Positions 38,316 through 46,462 of a stretch of DNA of 64,000 bases are shown piece by piece. This DNA is from Candidatus Udaeobacter sp. (GTDB lineage: Bacteria > Patescibacteriota > Patescibacteriia > Magasanikbacterales > GWA2-37-8). Positions within the stretch are counted from its first letter, which is position 1; the number at the start of each line of letters is the position of its first letter. The notes below the pieces were generated by a model. It saw nothing but the letters and a program-made list of their open reading frames with translations, had not been told where the DNA came from and did not search any database. The stretch spans positions 9,469-73,468 of the forward strand of contig DATION010000002.1 of NCBI GenBank assembly GCA_035473115.1. The letters run 5' to 3'. The position numbers were made by a program, and so were the translations under genes.

Positions 38316-39924
38316 TGTTACTAATAGATTCAATAGTTGGCAGGTTTTTGGTTTTTAGCCAGCGCCGAGCCAAGCTGTCTTTTAACTGCATCATTTCCGG
38401 CACCCTCAAAAAGTAACATATTAGCAGATAAATTACCAGACCAGCCATACCGGCTACCAACCCTTGTCCAAAAATGCCGGCATAATGAGTTTGGTCAAAT
38501 ATTTTAGCCAAAGGATATTTGAAAAATTGGATAACTAAAGCCATCGGTATAGCTGCGGCAATAATGCGAAAAAAAGACGAAAGTATTTTTTGGCCATCGA
38601 TTTTTTTAAGAGTCTGTCTAAGCACTACAGACAAAATTATAAAATTTAAAATAGATCCAACTGAAAAGGCTAGTGCTAATCCGGCTACACCCAACGGCTT
38701 CATTAAAAATAAAGCGGCAATAATGCTGCCAACCTCAGAAATAACGCCGATAATAAATGGAGTTTTGGTATCTGCTAAAGCATAAAAAGCGCGGGCAATT
38801 ACCGGAATTAAAGCTTGGGCAAATAGGCTTAAAGCAAATAGAGCTAAAGCATCAGCGGTATTTATTGTTGCTGTCCAAGTGAATTCTCCTCGACCTAATA
38901 TTACGCGTACAATTTGCGCCCGCAGCAGCATTAAAATTGCCGATAGAGGAATAATTAAAAATAAAATTTGTCTGATAGTTGAAGATAAATTTTTTATAAA
39001 TTCTTCGGTATCATTTTTGGCTGCAGCCATAGATAGTATTGGAAAAACTGCTAGCGCAAAGGGGATGCCGATTATACCAACCGGTACGGCCTGTAAGTTA
39101 TTAGCAAAATTTAAAACAGCTACGCTGCCAACAGGCAATAACGAAGCAAAAATTGTGAAAATTATTAAATTTAATTGGCTGATAGCTAAACCAAGAGTCC
39201 GTGGAATCATTAGTTTGCCAATCAATCTGGTTTCTTTGTCTTTAAAGTTTAACTGCCAGCGCCAGCGGTAGCCATTGGCATAAGCGCTGTATGTTTGCAA
39301 GCTAAAATGCAAAAATGCTCCCAGAACTACACCCCAAGCCAAGCCGTTTACGCCCCAAAGCGGAACTAAGACAACGGCTCCGATAATAATCCCAACATTA
39401 TAAAATATTGGCGCCAGGGAATAGAGAAAAAAAGCGCGCAAAGATTGCAATATGCCGCCAATTACCATTGATATACCCAGTAAAATAGTTGAACCAAACA
39501 TTATTCTAGTAAAATTAATTACCATCTGTTTAGAAGCTAGGCTAAATCCGGGGGCGATAATCGGAGCCAGAACTGGAGTAAAAATTATTCCTAAAACACT
39601 TAAAAAAGCTAACAAAATAGCAATTATATTTAAAACATTATTGGCTAGTTTCCAGGCAGGGGATTTGTCTTCGCCGGAGTTGAATAATTTTGTAAAAGTT
39701 GGAATAAAGGCTGTGCTTAGAGCGCCGACAATGAGCAAGTTATAAATCAAGTCAGGAATTTTAAAGGCGGCGTAATAGGCATCGGTAATTGGACCGGCGC
39801 CAAAGTAGTTGGCAAAAATCTGATCGCGTAGTAATCCGACTAAACGGCTAACTAATGTGGCTGCCGAAATTATAATGGCAGCTCCGGTTATGGATTTAGA
39901 TTGGCCGTTAAGAATTTTTAACAT
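38308..39924 (-). CDS. murJ: Lipid II flippase MurJ (MviN)
   Basis: SRLVGLLRD, DAYYAAFKIPD, GALS.AFIP, RAFYA..DTKTP. Confidence 0.95.
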   Translation of the reverse strand: MLKILNGQSKSITGAAIIISAATLVSRLVGLLRDQIFANYFGAGPITDAYYAAFKIPDLIYNLLIVGALSTAFIPTFTKLFNSGEDKSPAWKLANNVLNIIAILLAFLSVLGIIFTPVLAPIIAPGFSLASKQMVINFTRIMFGSTILLGISMVIGGILQSLRAFFLYSLAPIFYNVGIIIGAVVLVPLWGVNGLAWGVVLGAFLHFSLQTYSAYANGYRWRWQLNFKDKETRLIGKLMIPRTLGLAISQLNLIIFTIFASLLPVGSVAVLNFANNLQAVPVGIIGIPFALAVFPILSMAAAKNDTEEFIKNLSSTIRQILFLIIPLSAILMLLRAQIVRVILGRGEFTWTATINTADALALFALSLFAQALIPVIARAFYALADTKTPFIIGVISEVGSIIAALFLMKPLGVAGLALAFSVGSILNFIILSVVLRQTLKKIDGQKILSSFFRIIAAAIPMALVIQFFKYPLAKIFDQTHYAGIFGQGLVAGMAGLVIYLLICYFLRVPEMMQLKDSLARRWLKTKNLPTIESISNNE

Positions 39925-39926
39925 AG

Positions 39927-40610
39927 TTACTCGGTTGTTGAAGTTGCGTTTAAATTTATCGTTAAAACCAAATAGTCTGTTCCGGATTTTACTTCTTCAT
40001 TGCCTTCGGCATAAATAGAACCGGTCATTGAATCTTGGCTGAAAGAAAATTGTTTGACTCCATTGCCTTCGCTTTCCACATCAATTTTGTAATTATTTTT
40101 GCTTAATTCAGTTTTGTAATAATTTATTATAAATGACGGCGAGGCGCTGAGATTTTTCCATTCTATCTGCACAGTATCTCGGTGGTCGCTGACTGGTTCA
40201 CTGATTATTTTCCATAGATTTTTTACGGAAGTAAGCCGGTCGGTATCATTGGCGCTTTGCGCGTTTTTATTCATGGTCAGAAGAAGAGGCGAGAGGATTA
40301 TTTTTGGAAAAAAAGCGGCGATTTCTATGCCTCGGTTTTTGTATTTTCCGGATACAAAAGTTATTTTATCAATATTGTCATTATCGTATATAGGGATTGC
40401 GGACGGAAAATTATCAGGCAGCTGTTTTAATGTTTGCGGACCATTGCCTAAGGCTACTCGCAAGAAAATTATTATGCCAATTATAACTACGATTAAACAG
40501 CCGCACCCAGCAAAACAGGTGCGTTTAATATTGGAAAAAGTGGAATATTTTCGGGTCATTTCACCCAGTGGCGGCTCAACTATCTCAACATCATTTATAT
40601 TGCGTCGCAT
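39927..40610 (-). CDS. Hypothetical membrane-anchored protein
   Basis: CFAGCGCL followed by a TM; LPDNFPSAIPIY. Confidence 0.7.
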   Translation of the reverse strand: MRRNINDVEIVEPPLGEMTRKYSTFSNIKRTCFAGCGCLIVVIIGIIIFLRVALGNGPQTLKQLPDNFPSAIPIYDNDNIDKITFVSGKYKNRGIEIAAFFPKIILSPLLLTMNKNAQSANDTDRLTSVKNLWKIISEPVSDHRDTVQIEWKNLSASPSFIINYYKTELSKNNYKIDVESEGNGVKQFSFSQDSMTGSIYAEGNEEVKSGTDYLVLTINLNATSTTE

Positions 40611-40750
40611 AGTGGGATTATTGTATCAGGAAAAGTTAAATTTGGGTAGGGATAAGTCGTTGACCTTTTTGAAAAATTATAGTATAGATATAGTTATCTT
40701 ATTGCCTAGCCATGACGGTTGGGAATAACGATAAAATGGAGGAATACAAA

Positions 40751-41080
40751 ATGGGAAACGAGCAGATCAGTTCTAATTTTGCAGTAAAGGCTAGGCCTGC
40801 AGTGGAGCAAAGGATAGATCAAAAGAAATACACAAAAACTGAAGGCGGGTTAGCCAGGGCTGGCCATATATTAGTTTTTTTAGGCGTTCTTGCCCTAGTG
40901 GGTGGTTTCCTCTATGGAAGCTTTATCTTTGATCCGTTTGTTTCTCGATTTTCCCGAGAAAAACTTGAATGGATAGGTCACGTAGTTATACCTGCCATTA
41001 CAATTGGTCTAATATGTGTAGGTGGAGTGCTGATATGGCTAGCTGGCTGTAAGCGCAATAGGCGTCTTAATAGCCTATGA
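40751..41080 (+). CDS. Hypothetical 2-TM orphan protein
   Basis: SD GGAGG before ATG 40751; two hydrophobic helices. Confidence 0.55.
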   Translation: MGNEQISSNFAVKARPAVEQRIDQKKYTKTEGGLARAGHILVFLGVLALVGGFLYGSFIFDPFVSRFSREKLEWIGHVVIPAITIGLICVGGVLIWLAGCKRNRRLNSL

Positions 41081-41233
41081 TGGCTAGTTTGTTTATTAGA
41101 TTTTTCAATCTGTTGCGTATACTGGTAGCTAAACGCAACAGCCAAACCAACAGGCAGCTACCTGTTATAAAGCAGCTTTTTCCAAAGGCTGTTTTATTTT
41201 TCTATAATTATTGTTATACTTATTTGCAAGTAG

Positions 41234-41287
41234 AATGAGAGAAAAGGACGTTTTTATGTTCTTTTTCGAGCGAGCGAAGCAAATATA
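41234..41287 (-). repeat. Possible degenerate family-2 element
   Basis: Minus strand: tatatttgcttcgctcgctc-[gaaaaagaac..gtccttttc]-tctcatt. Confidence 0.4.
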
Positions 41288-41330
41288 CAACAAAGCCTAT
41301 ATTCAATATTAAACCGGTGTTAAAAATTTT

Positions 41331-42686
41331 ATGCAGATTATTTTTTATGGAGCAGCGGGAGAGGTGACTGGTTCATGCAATATGTTTATTACCGGCGGTA
41401 AGAAATTTTTGGTTGACTGCGGTATGTTTCAAGGCAATCAGTTTAATGAAGATAAAAACCGAGATCCATTGCTTTTTAACCCGGCCGAACTTTCCGGAGT
41501 AATTGTTACTCATGCTCATTTAGACCACATTGGTCGGTTGCCATTACTGGTAAAAAACGGTTATGAAGGGCATTTTTATGCTACGCCGCCTACGGTAGAA
41601 CTGGCTGAATTAATTTTGGACGATGCTTTGCATATCATGCTTTATAATCAGCGTCATTTTGGCCGCGAACCTTTATATGATAGTACAGATATCGCCAAAG
41701 TGATGGAGCGGTTTAAGCCGGTAGATTATTACGAAAAATTTAAGCTGTCTTCGGACGTTAATTTTACTTTCCACGATGCTGGCCATATTTTTGGTTCAGC
41801 TTTTGTGGAAGTACAAGCCGAAGGAAAGAAAGTAGTTTTTTCCGGAGATATTGGAAATATAAATGTACCAATTCTGCGCGATACGGATACTTTGCCCGGC
41901 GAAGTAGATCTTTTGGTATGTGAATCAACTTATGGCGATCGTTTGCATGAAACAACTTTTCGCCGGCAGGAAATTTTGGAAAATTTAATTGCCAGTGCCA
42001 TTAGTCGTGGCGGTACTTTAATGATCCCATCCTTTTCTTTAGAGAGAACACAGGAATTAATTTACGATTTAAACGATTTGGTGGATCGCAAACATTTGTT
42101 GCCGCGCGTGCCAATTTTTTTAGACAGTCCTTTGGCCATCAGAGCCATAAGAGTTTATTTAAAATATCCTCAGTATTACGATAATGAAGCCGAGCGTTTA
42201 TTTAAAAGCGGTGATAAATTATTTGATTTTCCCGGATTAGTTTTGACCGAAACAAAAGAAGAATCAAAAAGAATAAATCAGATACCAACAGCCAAAATAA
42301 TTATTGCCGGCGCCGGCATGATGAATGGCGGACGCATTATCCATCATGCTTTGCGTTATTTATCAGATGAAAGAAATACTTTATTGATAGTCGGTTATCA
42401 AGCCGAAAATACTTTGGGCAGAAAAATTTTAAACGGCCAGTCACCGGTTGAAATAATGGGAGAAAAAATTCCCGTGCGCTGTCATGTCAAAGCCATTGGT
42501 GCGCTTTCGGCTCATGGTGATCAAAATAAATTATTAGATTGGGTTGGCGGTGGAACTTCTATTCCTAAAAAAGTTTTATTAACTCATGGTGAATTACCGG
42601 CTGCCGAAGCTTTGGCCAAAAGATTGGCAGGGGATTTGGGGGTAGAAGCATTACCAACTAGTTTTGGAATGAAAGTTGAAATATAA
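41331..42686 (+). CDS. MBL-fold beta-CASP ribonuclease/metallohydrolase
   Basis: GAAGEVTGS, THAHLDHIG, AGHIFGS, FSGD, ESTYG, SAHGD, HGE. Confidence 0.95.
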   Translation: MQIIFYGAAGEVTGSCNMFITGGKKFLVDCGMFQGNQFNEDKNRDPLLFNPAELSGVIVTHAHLDHIGRLPLLVKNGYEGHFYATPPTVELAELILDDALHIMLYNQRHFGREPLYDSTDIAKVMERFKPVDYYEKFKLSSDVNFTFHDAGHIFGSAFVEVQAEGKKVVFSGDIGNINVPILRDTDTLPGEVDLLVCESTYGDRLHETTFRRQEILENLIASAISRGGTLMIPSFSLERTQELIYDLNDLVDRKHLLPRVPIFLDSPLAIRAIRVYLKYPQYYDNEAERLFKSGDKLFDFPGLVLTETKEESKRINQIPTAKIIIAGAGMMNGGRIIHHALRYLSDERNTLLIVGYQAENTLGRKILNGQSPVEIMGEKIPVRCHVKAIGALSAHGDQNKLLDWVGGGTSIPKKVLLTHGELPAAEALAKRLAGDLGVEALPTSFGMKVEI

Positions 42687-42744
42687 ATTAAAAAAACAAC
42701 AGACCTCCTTTGGGGGAGGCCATACTTCTTCCGAGCTTTCTAGA

Positions 42745-43464
42745 TTAAAGGCACACATGGTGCACAGTGCAGAAAGCTTTGATATCGGGCGGACCGATGT
42801 ATAATCCGTTTTCGTCCGTGGTGTACCACATCTTTTTGTCGTTCATGATACTCATTCCGTCTTCATATATATGAGGTAGTCCTGTGACGTGTCCCATCTC
42901 ATGAATTACGGTTTGTAGCAGGAGGTGATACATCTTGTTCTGAGCATCATCTGGCATCATCTTTACCGGATGATTTTTGATATAAGATGGAAATATGTCA
43001 ACATGCATTAGCACGTCCCCACCCGGTATGGCGAATCCTGTATTGTTACCATCTCCGGTACTATTGTCTCTTTCGAATTCTATCATCTCACGAGTTGTTT
43101 GCGGTATCTTGTAGACTACCACTCGTCCGTCAGTGAAGGAATTAGTTTTGGACGGGTCAAAGTCTTCGATGTTGATGAAGCCTTCGAAGATAAATACTTT
43201 CTTCCCGTTCCTAATATACGGAGCCATAGCAGTGTTCCACTGCTCGACAGCTCTCTGAATAAGCTCACGAGGGTTTTCTACCCGCATACCGTTGCTATCG
43301 TAAGCTGGATCTCCATTCCAGCTATCCTGAGCATACACATGGATCGGTAAAGATGGTGGCGGGTCTGCTGCGTCAAACATCTCTGTGAGACATCCAGTGG
43401 TGCCAGTAATAGCACCAAAGAATATCACCAGACGAATTACCAACGTCGACATAGCCCTAGCCAT
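42745..43464 (-). CDS. Lipoprotein zinc metallopeptidase (metzincin/matrixin-like)
   Basis: HEMGHVTGLPH (HExxHxxGxxH) plus SIM Met-turn; TTG|C lipobox-like; start may be 43452. Confidence 0.8.
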   Translation of the reverse strand: MARAMSTLVIRLVIFFGAITGTTGCLTEMFDAADPPPSLPIHVYAQDSWNGDPAYDSNGMRVENPRELIQRAVEQWNTAMAPYIRNGKKVFIFEGFINIEDFDPSKTNSFTDGRVVVYKIPQTTREMIEFERDNSTGDGNNTGFAIPGGDVLMHVDIFPSYIKNHPVKMMPDDAQNKMYHLLLQTVIHEMGHVTGLPHIYEDGMSIMNDKKMWYTTDENGLYIGPPDIKAFCTVHHVCL

Positions 43465-43982
43465 AGCTGACCTTGTTTTTCTGCTCCCTCAATAAGGGGG
43501 CGGTAAAGGTATCCGAGTTGTTTGATCATTTCTGGGTTAGGAAGGAAAACCTTCCAGCTCGCCATCCCAGTCCATTTGCCAACTGCGACTTCTGCCCCTA
43601 TTCCCAGAGCAAGATCCCAGGAACGAGGCGTGTCTTGGTTGCTCAGATACTTAGAACCGAAATATCTGAAGTACCCGAGACTAACTGGCACTCGCCACCG
43701 TGCACCATGAGCAATGTCAATTGTTAGCTCTCCCAGCCAGCCGTGGTGGTTTAGAGAGGTACTCAATCCGAAGGGCGTATGTTCATTGCGGATCTTAGCA
43801 ACCAGATTCGTGGTTATTGTACGCCACTCTGGCTGTAGGATTGATGTGCCAACACTTGCACCAGCCTGAATCTCAAACCTTCCGGGAAGGTTGAAATCGA
43901 ACCCATCAGCCTTTGCGGTTTGGTTGAAGGTTGAGAGGCCAAGAAATAGCACCCCGACCACTAGAGTAAGTAGTACTTTCAT
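43437..43982 (-). CDS. Secreted protein, predicted small beta-barrel (OMP-like)
   Basis: Signal peptide ending AKA|D; alternating amphipathic strands; C-terminus QLWLGLCRRW; SD AGGAGG. Confidence 0.6.
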   Translation of the reverse strand: MKVLLTLVVGVLFLGLSTFNQTAKADGFDFNLPGRFEIQAGASVGTSILQPEWRTITTNLVAKIRNEHTPFGLSTSLNHHGWLGELTIDIAHGARWRVPVSLGYFRYFGSKYLSNQDTPRSWDLALGIGAEVAVGKWTGMASWKVFLPNPEMIKQLGYLYRPLIEGAEKQGQLWLGLCRRW

Positions 43983-44016
43983 CTGAGCCTCCTATAACCG
44001 TGATTGGTGATAATTT

Positions 44017-44046
44017 ACTTATACCACAAAATAAGCAAAATGTCAA
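44017..44046 (-). promoter_or_regulatory. sigma70 promoter of the barrel/peptidase cassette
   Basis: Minus strand TTGACA-17bp-TATAAG with upstream TG. Confidence 0.65.
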
Positions 44047-44179
44047 TCGTATTAAATACAGATTAGATAGATTATTTTTTACCTTTTATTTTTACAATTT
44101 TTATCCACACCCTCCGCTTGTAAGCGGTTTTTTATTTTATATTAGCCAAAAAAATTAGTATAAAAAATGGATGAAAATG

Positions 44180-44231
44180 TTGACTTATGTTTTAAAGTGG
44201 TATAAAATGGATTGTAGTGGAATTAAGTGGG
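44180..44231 (+). promoter_or_regulatory. mraZ promoter with MraZ-binding direct repeats
   Basis: TTGACT-17bp-TAAAAT; (G/A)TGG repeats at 10-bp spacing (44197, 44207, 44217, 44227). Confidence 0.82.
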
Positions 44232-44276
44232 GAATATGCTTGTCTCTCTAACTTAAATAAATTTTCCCATTTTATT

Positions 44277-44708
44277 ATGTTCATTGGTGAATACAGCCAC
44301 AGCATAGATGAAAAAGGCAGAATGGCTATACCGGCCAAATTTCGTCAGGAATTAAATAAAGGTGCGGTGGTAACCAGAGGTTTAGATAACTGTCTTTTTA
44401 TTTACACCAAAAGCGAATGGGCAAAGGTGGCAGAAAAATATGCTAATTTGCCAATTGCTCAAGCCAATAGCCGAGCTTTTTCCCGTTTAATGCTGGCTGG
44501 CGCTATGGATGTTGAGCTTGATAAGCAAGGCAGAATTATTTTGCCGGAGTATTTGCGCCAATTTGCCAATGTGAAAAAAAATGTAGTTATCGCTGGTCTA
44601 TATAGCCGGTTAGAAATTTGGGATGAAGAAGTTTGGAATAAATATAAAGGCCAAACTGAAGCCGAGAGCGGCGCGATTGCCGAAAAAATGTCAGAATTAG
44701 GAGTTTAA
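44277..44708 (+). CDS. mraZ: Division/cell-wall cluster repressor MraZ
   Basis: MFIGEY.HSIDEKGR, DKQGRI.LP; ATG 44277. Confidence 0.97.
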   Translation: MFIGEYSHSIDEKGRMAIPAKFRQELNKGAVVTRGLDNCLFIYTKSEWAKVAEKYANLPIAQANSRAFSRLMLAGAMDVELDKQGRIILPEYLRQFANVKKNVVIAGLYSRLEIWDEEVWNKYKGQTEAESGAIAEKMSELGV

Positions 44709-44714
44709 TAAAAT

Positions 44715-44792
44715 TATATCTGCGGATATAAACTCATTCGCTCAGAAATAAATTAAAAATATTAATTTATTTCTTTCACTCATTTCGATTAT
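44715..44792 (+). repeat. Family-2 dispersed element (copy 4), abutting the rsmH ATG
   Basis: TATATC-tgcg-GATATA-aactcattcgctc-[agaaataaattaa..ttaatttatttct]-ttcactcatttcgattATG. Confidence 0.85.
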
Positions 44793-45693
44793 GAAACATA
44801 TACCTGTTTTACTTTCCGAAGCGATAGATTCTTTACAACTTAAGCCAAATCAAAATGTCGTTGATTGCACTTTGGGCGATGCCGGGCATAGTGAAATTAT
44901 TTTGCAAAAAATCGCGCCCAAAGGAAAATTGTTAGGCATAGATCTGGATGCGGAAGCAGTTTTGCGTTCAAAAAGATTTTTATATAATTTTGAATCCAGA
45001 ACTGTAATCGCACGAGATAATTTTGCCAATTTAAAAGCGATTGCTGAGAAAAATAATTTTAAACCGGTTAACGCCATTTTAATGGATTTGGGCTGGTCCA
45101 CGCCGCAATTTGAAGAACGAGGCAGGGGATTCAGTTTTTTAAAAGATGAACCCCTAGACATGCGTTATTCAACCATCGAACTACAAACCGCCGCAGACAT
45201 TATAAATAGTTATAGCGAAAGCGAGTTGGCAGGTATATTCAAAAATTTTGGTGAAGAAAGTTTAAGCAAAGAAATAGCCAAAGCCGTTGCAAGTTATAGG
45301 AAGAACAAAAAAATAGCCAAAACAGGAGAGTTAGCAGAAATAATTTTGCAAGTGTATAGAGAAAAACTGCGTACAAATAAAGAAATTCCCTGGATCGGCG
45401 GTTTACATCCGGCCACAAAAGTTTTTCAAGCACTGCGCATGGAAGTAAATCATGAGTTGGATAATTTAAAAAAAGTTTTGCCGCAAGCCGTAGAAATTTT
45501 GGCCGGCGGCGGCAGATTGGCGGTAATCTCGTTTCATTCTTTGGAAGATAGAATCGTAAAACAATATTTTAAATCAATTGCGGGTAAAACAATAAAATTA
45601 ATTAATAAAAAACCGTTAATAGCTAGTGAGGAAGAAATAAAAAATAACCCCCGCGCTCGGAGCGCTAAGCTGAGGGTAATAGAAAAAATTTAA
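44791..45693 (+). CDS. rsmH: 16S rRNA m4C1402 methyltransferase
   Basis: HIPVLL, DCTLG.AGHS, PLDMR, FQALR.EVN, FHSLEDRIVK, NPRARSAKLR. Confidence 0.97.
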   Translation: MKHIPVLLSEAIDSLQLKPNQNVVDCTLGDAGHSEIILQKIAPKGKLLGIDLDAEAVLRSKRFLYNFESRTVIARDNFANLKAIAEKNNFKPVNAILMDLGWSTPQFEERGRGFSFLKDEPLDMRYSTIELQTAADIINSYSESELAGIFKNFGEESLSKEIAKAVASYRKNKKIAKTGELAEIILQVYREKLRTNKEIPWIGGLHPATKVFQALRMEVNHELDNLKKVLPQAVEILAGGGRLAVISFHSLEDRIVKQYFKSIAGKTIKLINKKPLIASEEEIKNNPRARSAKLRVIEKI

Positions 45694-45697
45694 TCGT

Positions 45698-46057
45698 ATG
45701 TCAATCAAACGTCAAATTAAATTCAAATATTTAGGACTGATCGATTCTTTACAAACACTCAGTTTGCCTCGCTGGTTAAATTCCGGCACTACCAGATTTG
45801 GCCTGTTGGTAATTATCTTTTTCTTCGGCATTGCCTATGTTGTCAAAACAACCGCTTCCGCTACCAGCGGCTATCAGGTGCATGAATTAGAAAAACAGAC
45901 TGCGTCACTGGAAACCGAAGTGCAAAAAATACAAGTAGAGATTGCCGACAATAGTTCAATAAATAATATTTCTTCTCGAGTGGCAAAATTAAATATGGTT
46001 GAGGTAAGCGGTGTGAAGTATTTAGCGATTAAAAATATGGCAGTGGCCAAAAATTAA
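45698..46057 (+). CDS. FtsL-like cell division protein
   Basis: TM plus coiled coil (GY.V.ELE) directly after mraZ-rsmH. Confidence 0.65.
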   Translation: MSIKRQIKFKYLGLIDSLQTLSLPRWLNSGTTRFGLLVIIFFFGIAYVVKTTASATSGYQVHELEKQTASLETEVQKIQVEIADNSSINNISSRVAKLNMVEVSGVKYLAIKNMAVAKN

Positions 46058-46110
46058 GGCTGATTCGGGAAAGTCCCCTCAAAGGGGATTTTTTGTGCTA
46101 TAATTAATAT

Positions 46111-46452
46111 ATGAATATTTTAGTTTTACAACGTTTGCTAATAGAGACCGTCTTAGATGTTATCTACTTTCCGATTTGGTGGTACACCAAAGGCGCGGCG
46201 CATGCCCTGCGCTGGTGTTTTAATTTATTAAAAACCGGCAATGAAAATTTGGCGCCCGGTCTCTGGTTAGCCAATCTGTTTGTGCCGATGTTTGGGCAAT
46301 TTGATATCCAAGGCCGAATCGTTAGTTTTTTTATGCGTCTGGTACAAATTTTGGCGCGCACTGTGGCTTTAGCTGTCTGGCTTACTTTATGCCTGGTTTT
46401 ATTTTTGGTTTGGTTGGCATTGCCGGTTTTAGTAGCTAAATCTATTATCTAA
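46111..46452 (+). CDS. Hypothetical membrane protein
   Basis: YFPIWWY, NLFVPMFGQ.D..GR.VSF; 10 bp upstream of the Clp ATPase. Confidence 0.75.
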   Translation: MNILVLQRLLIETVLDVIYFPIWWYTKGAAHALRWCFNLLKTGNENLAPGLWLANLFVPMFGQFDIQGRIVSFFMRLVQILARTVALAVWLTLCLVLFLVWLALPVLVAKSII

Positions 46453-46462
46453 GTTTGTTCAC

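Noticed and set aside
44101-44109. TTATCCACA DnaA box (and near-matches at 21073-21090) as oriC
   Set aside because: The boxes are isolated, with no cluster or dnaA/dnaN nearby; they may be regulatory at most.
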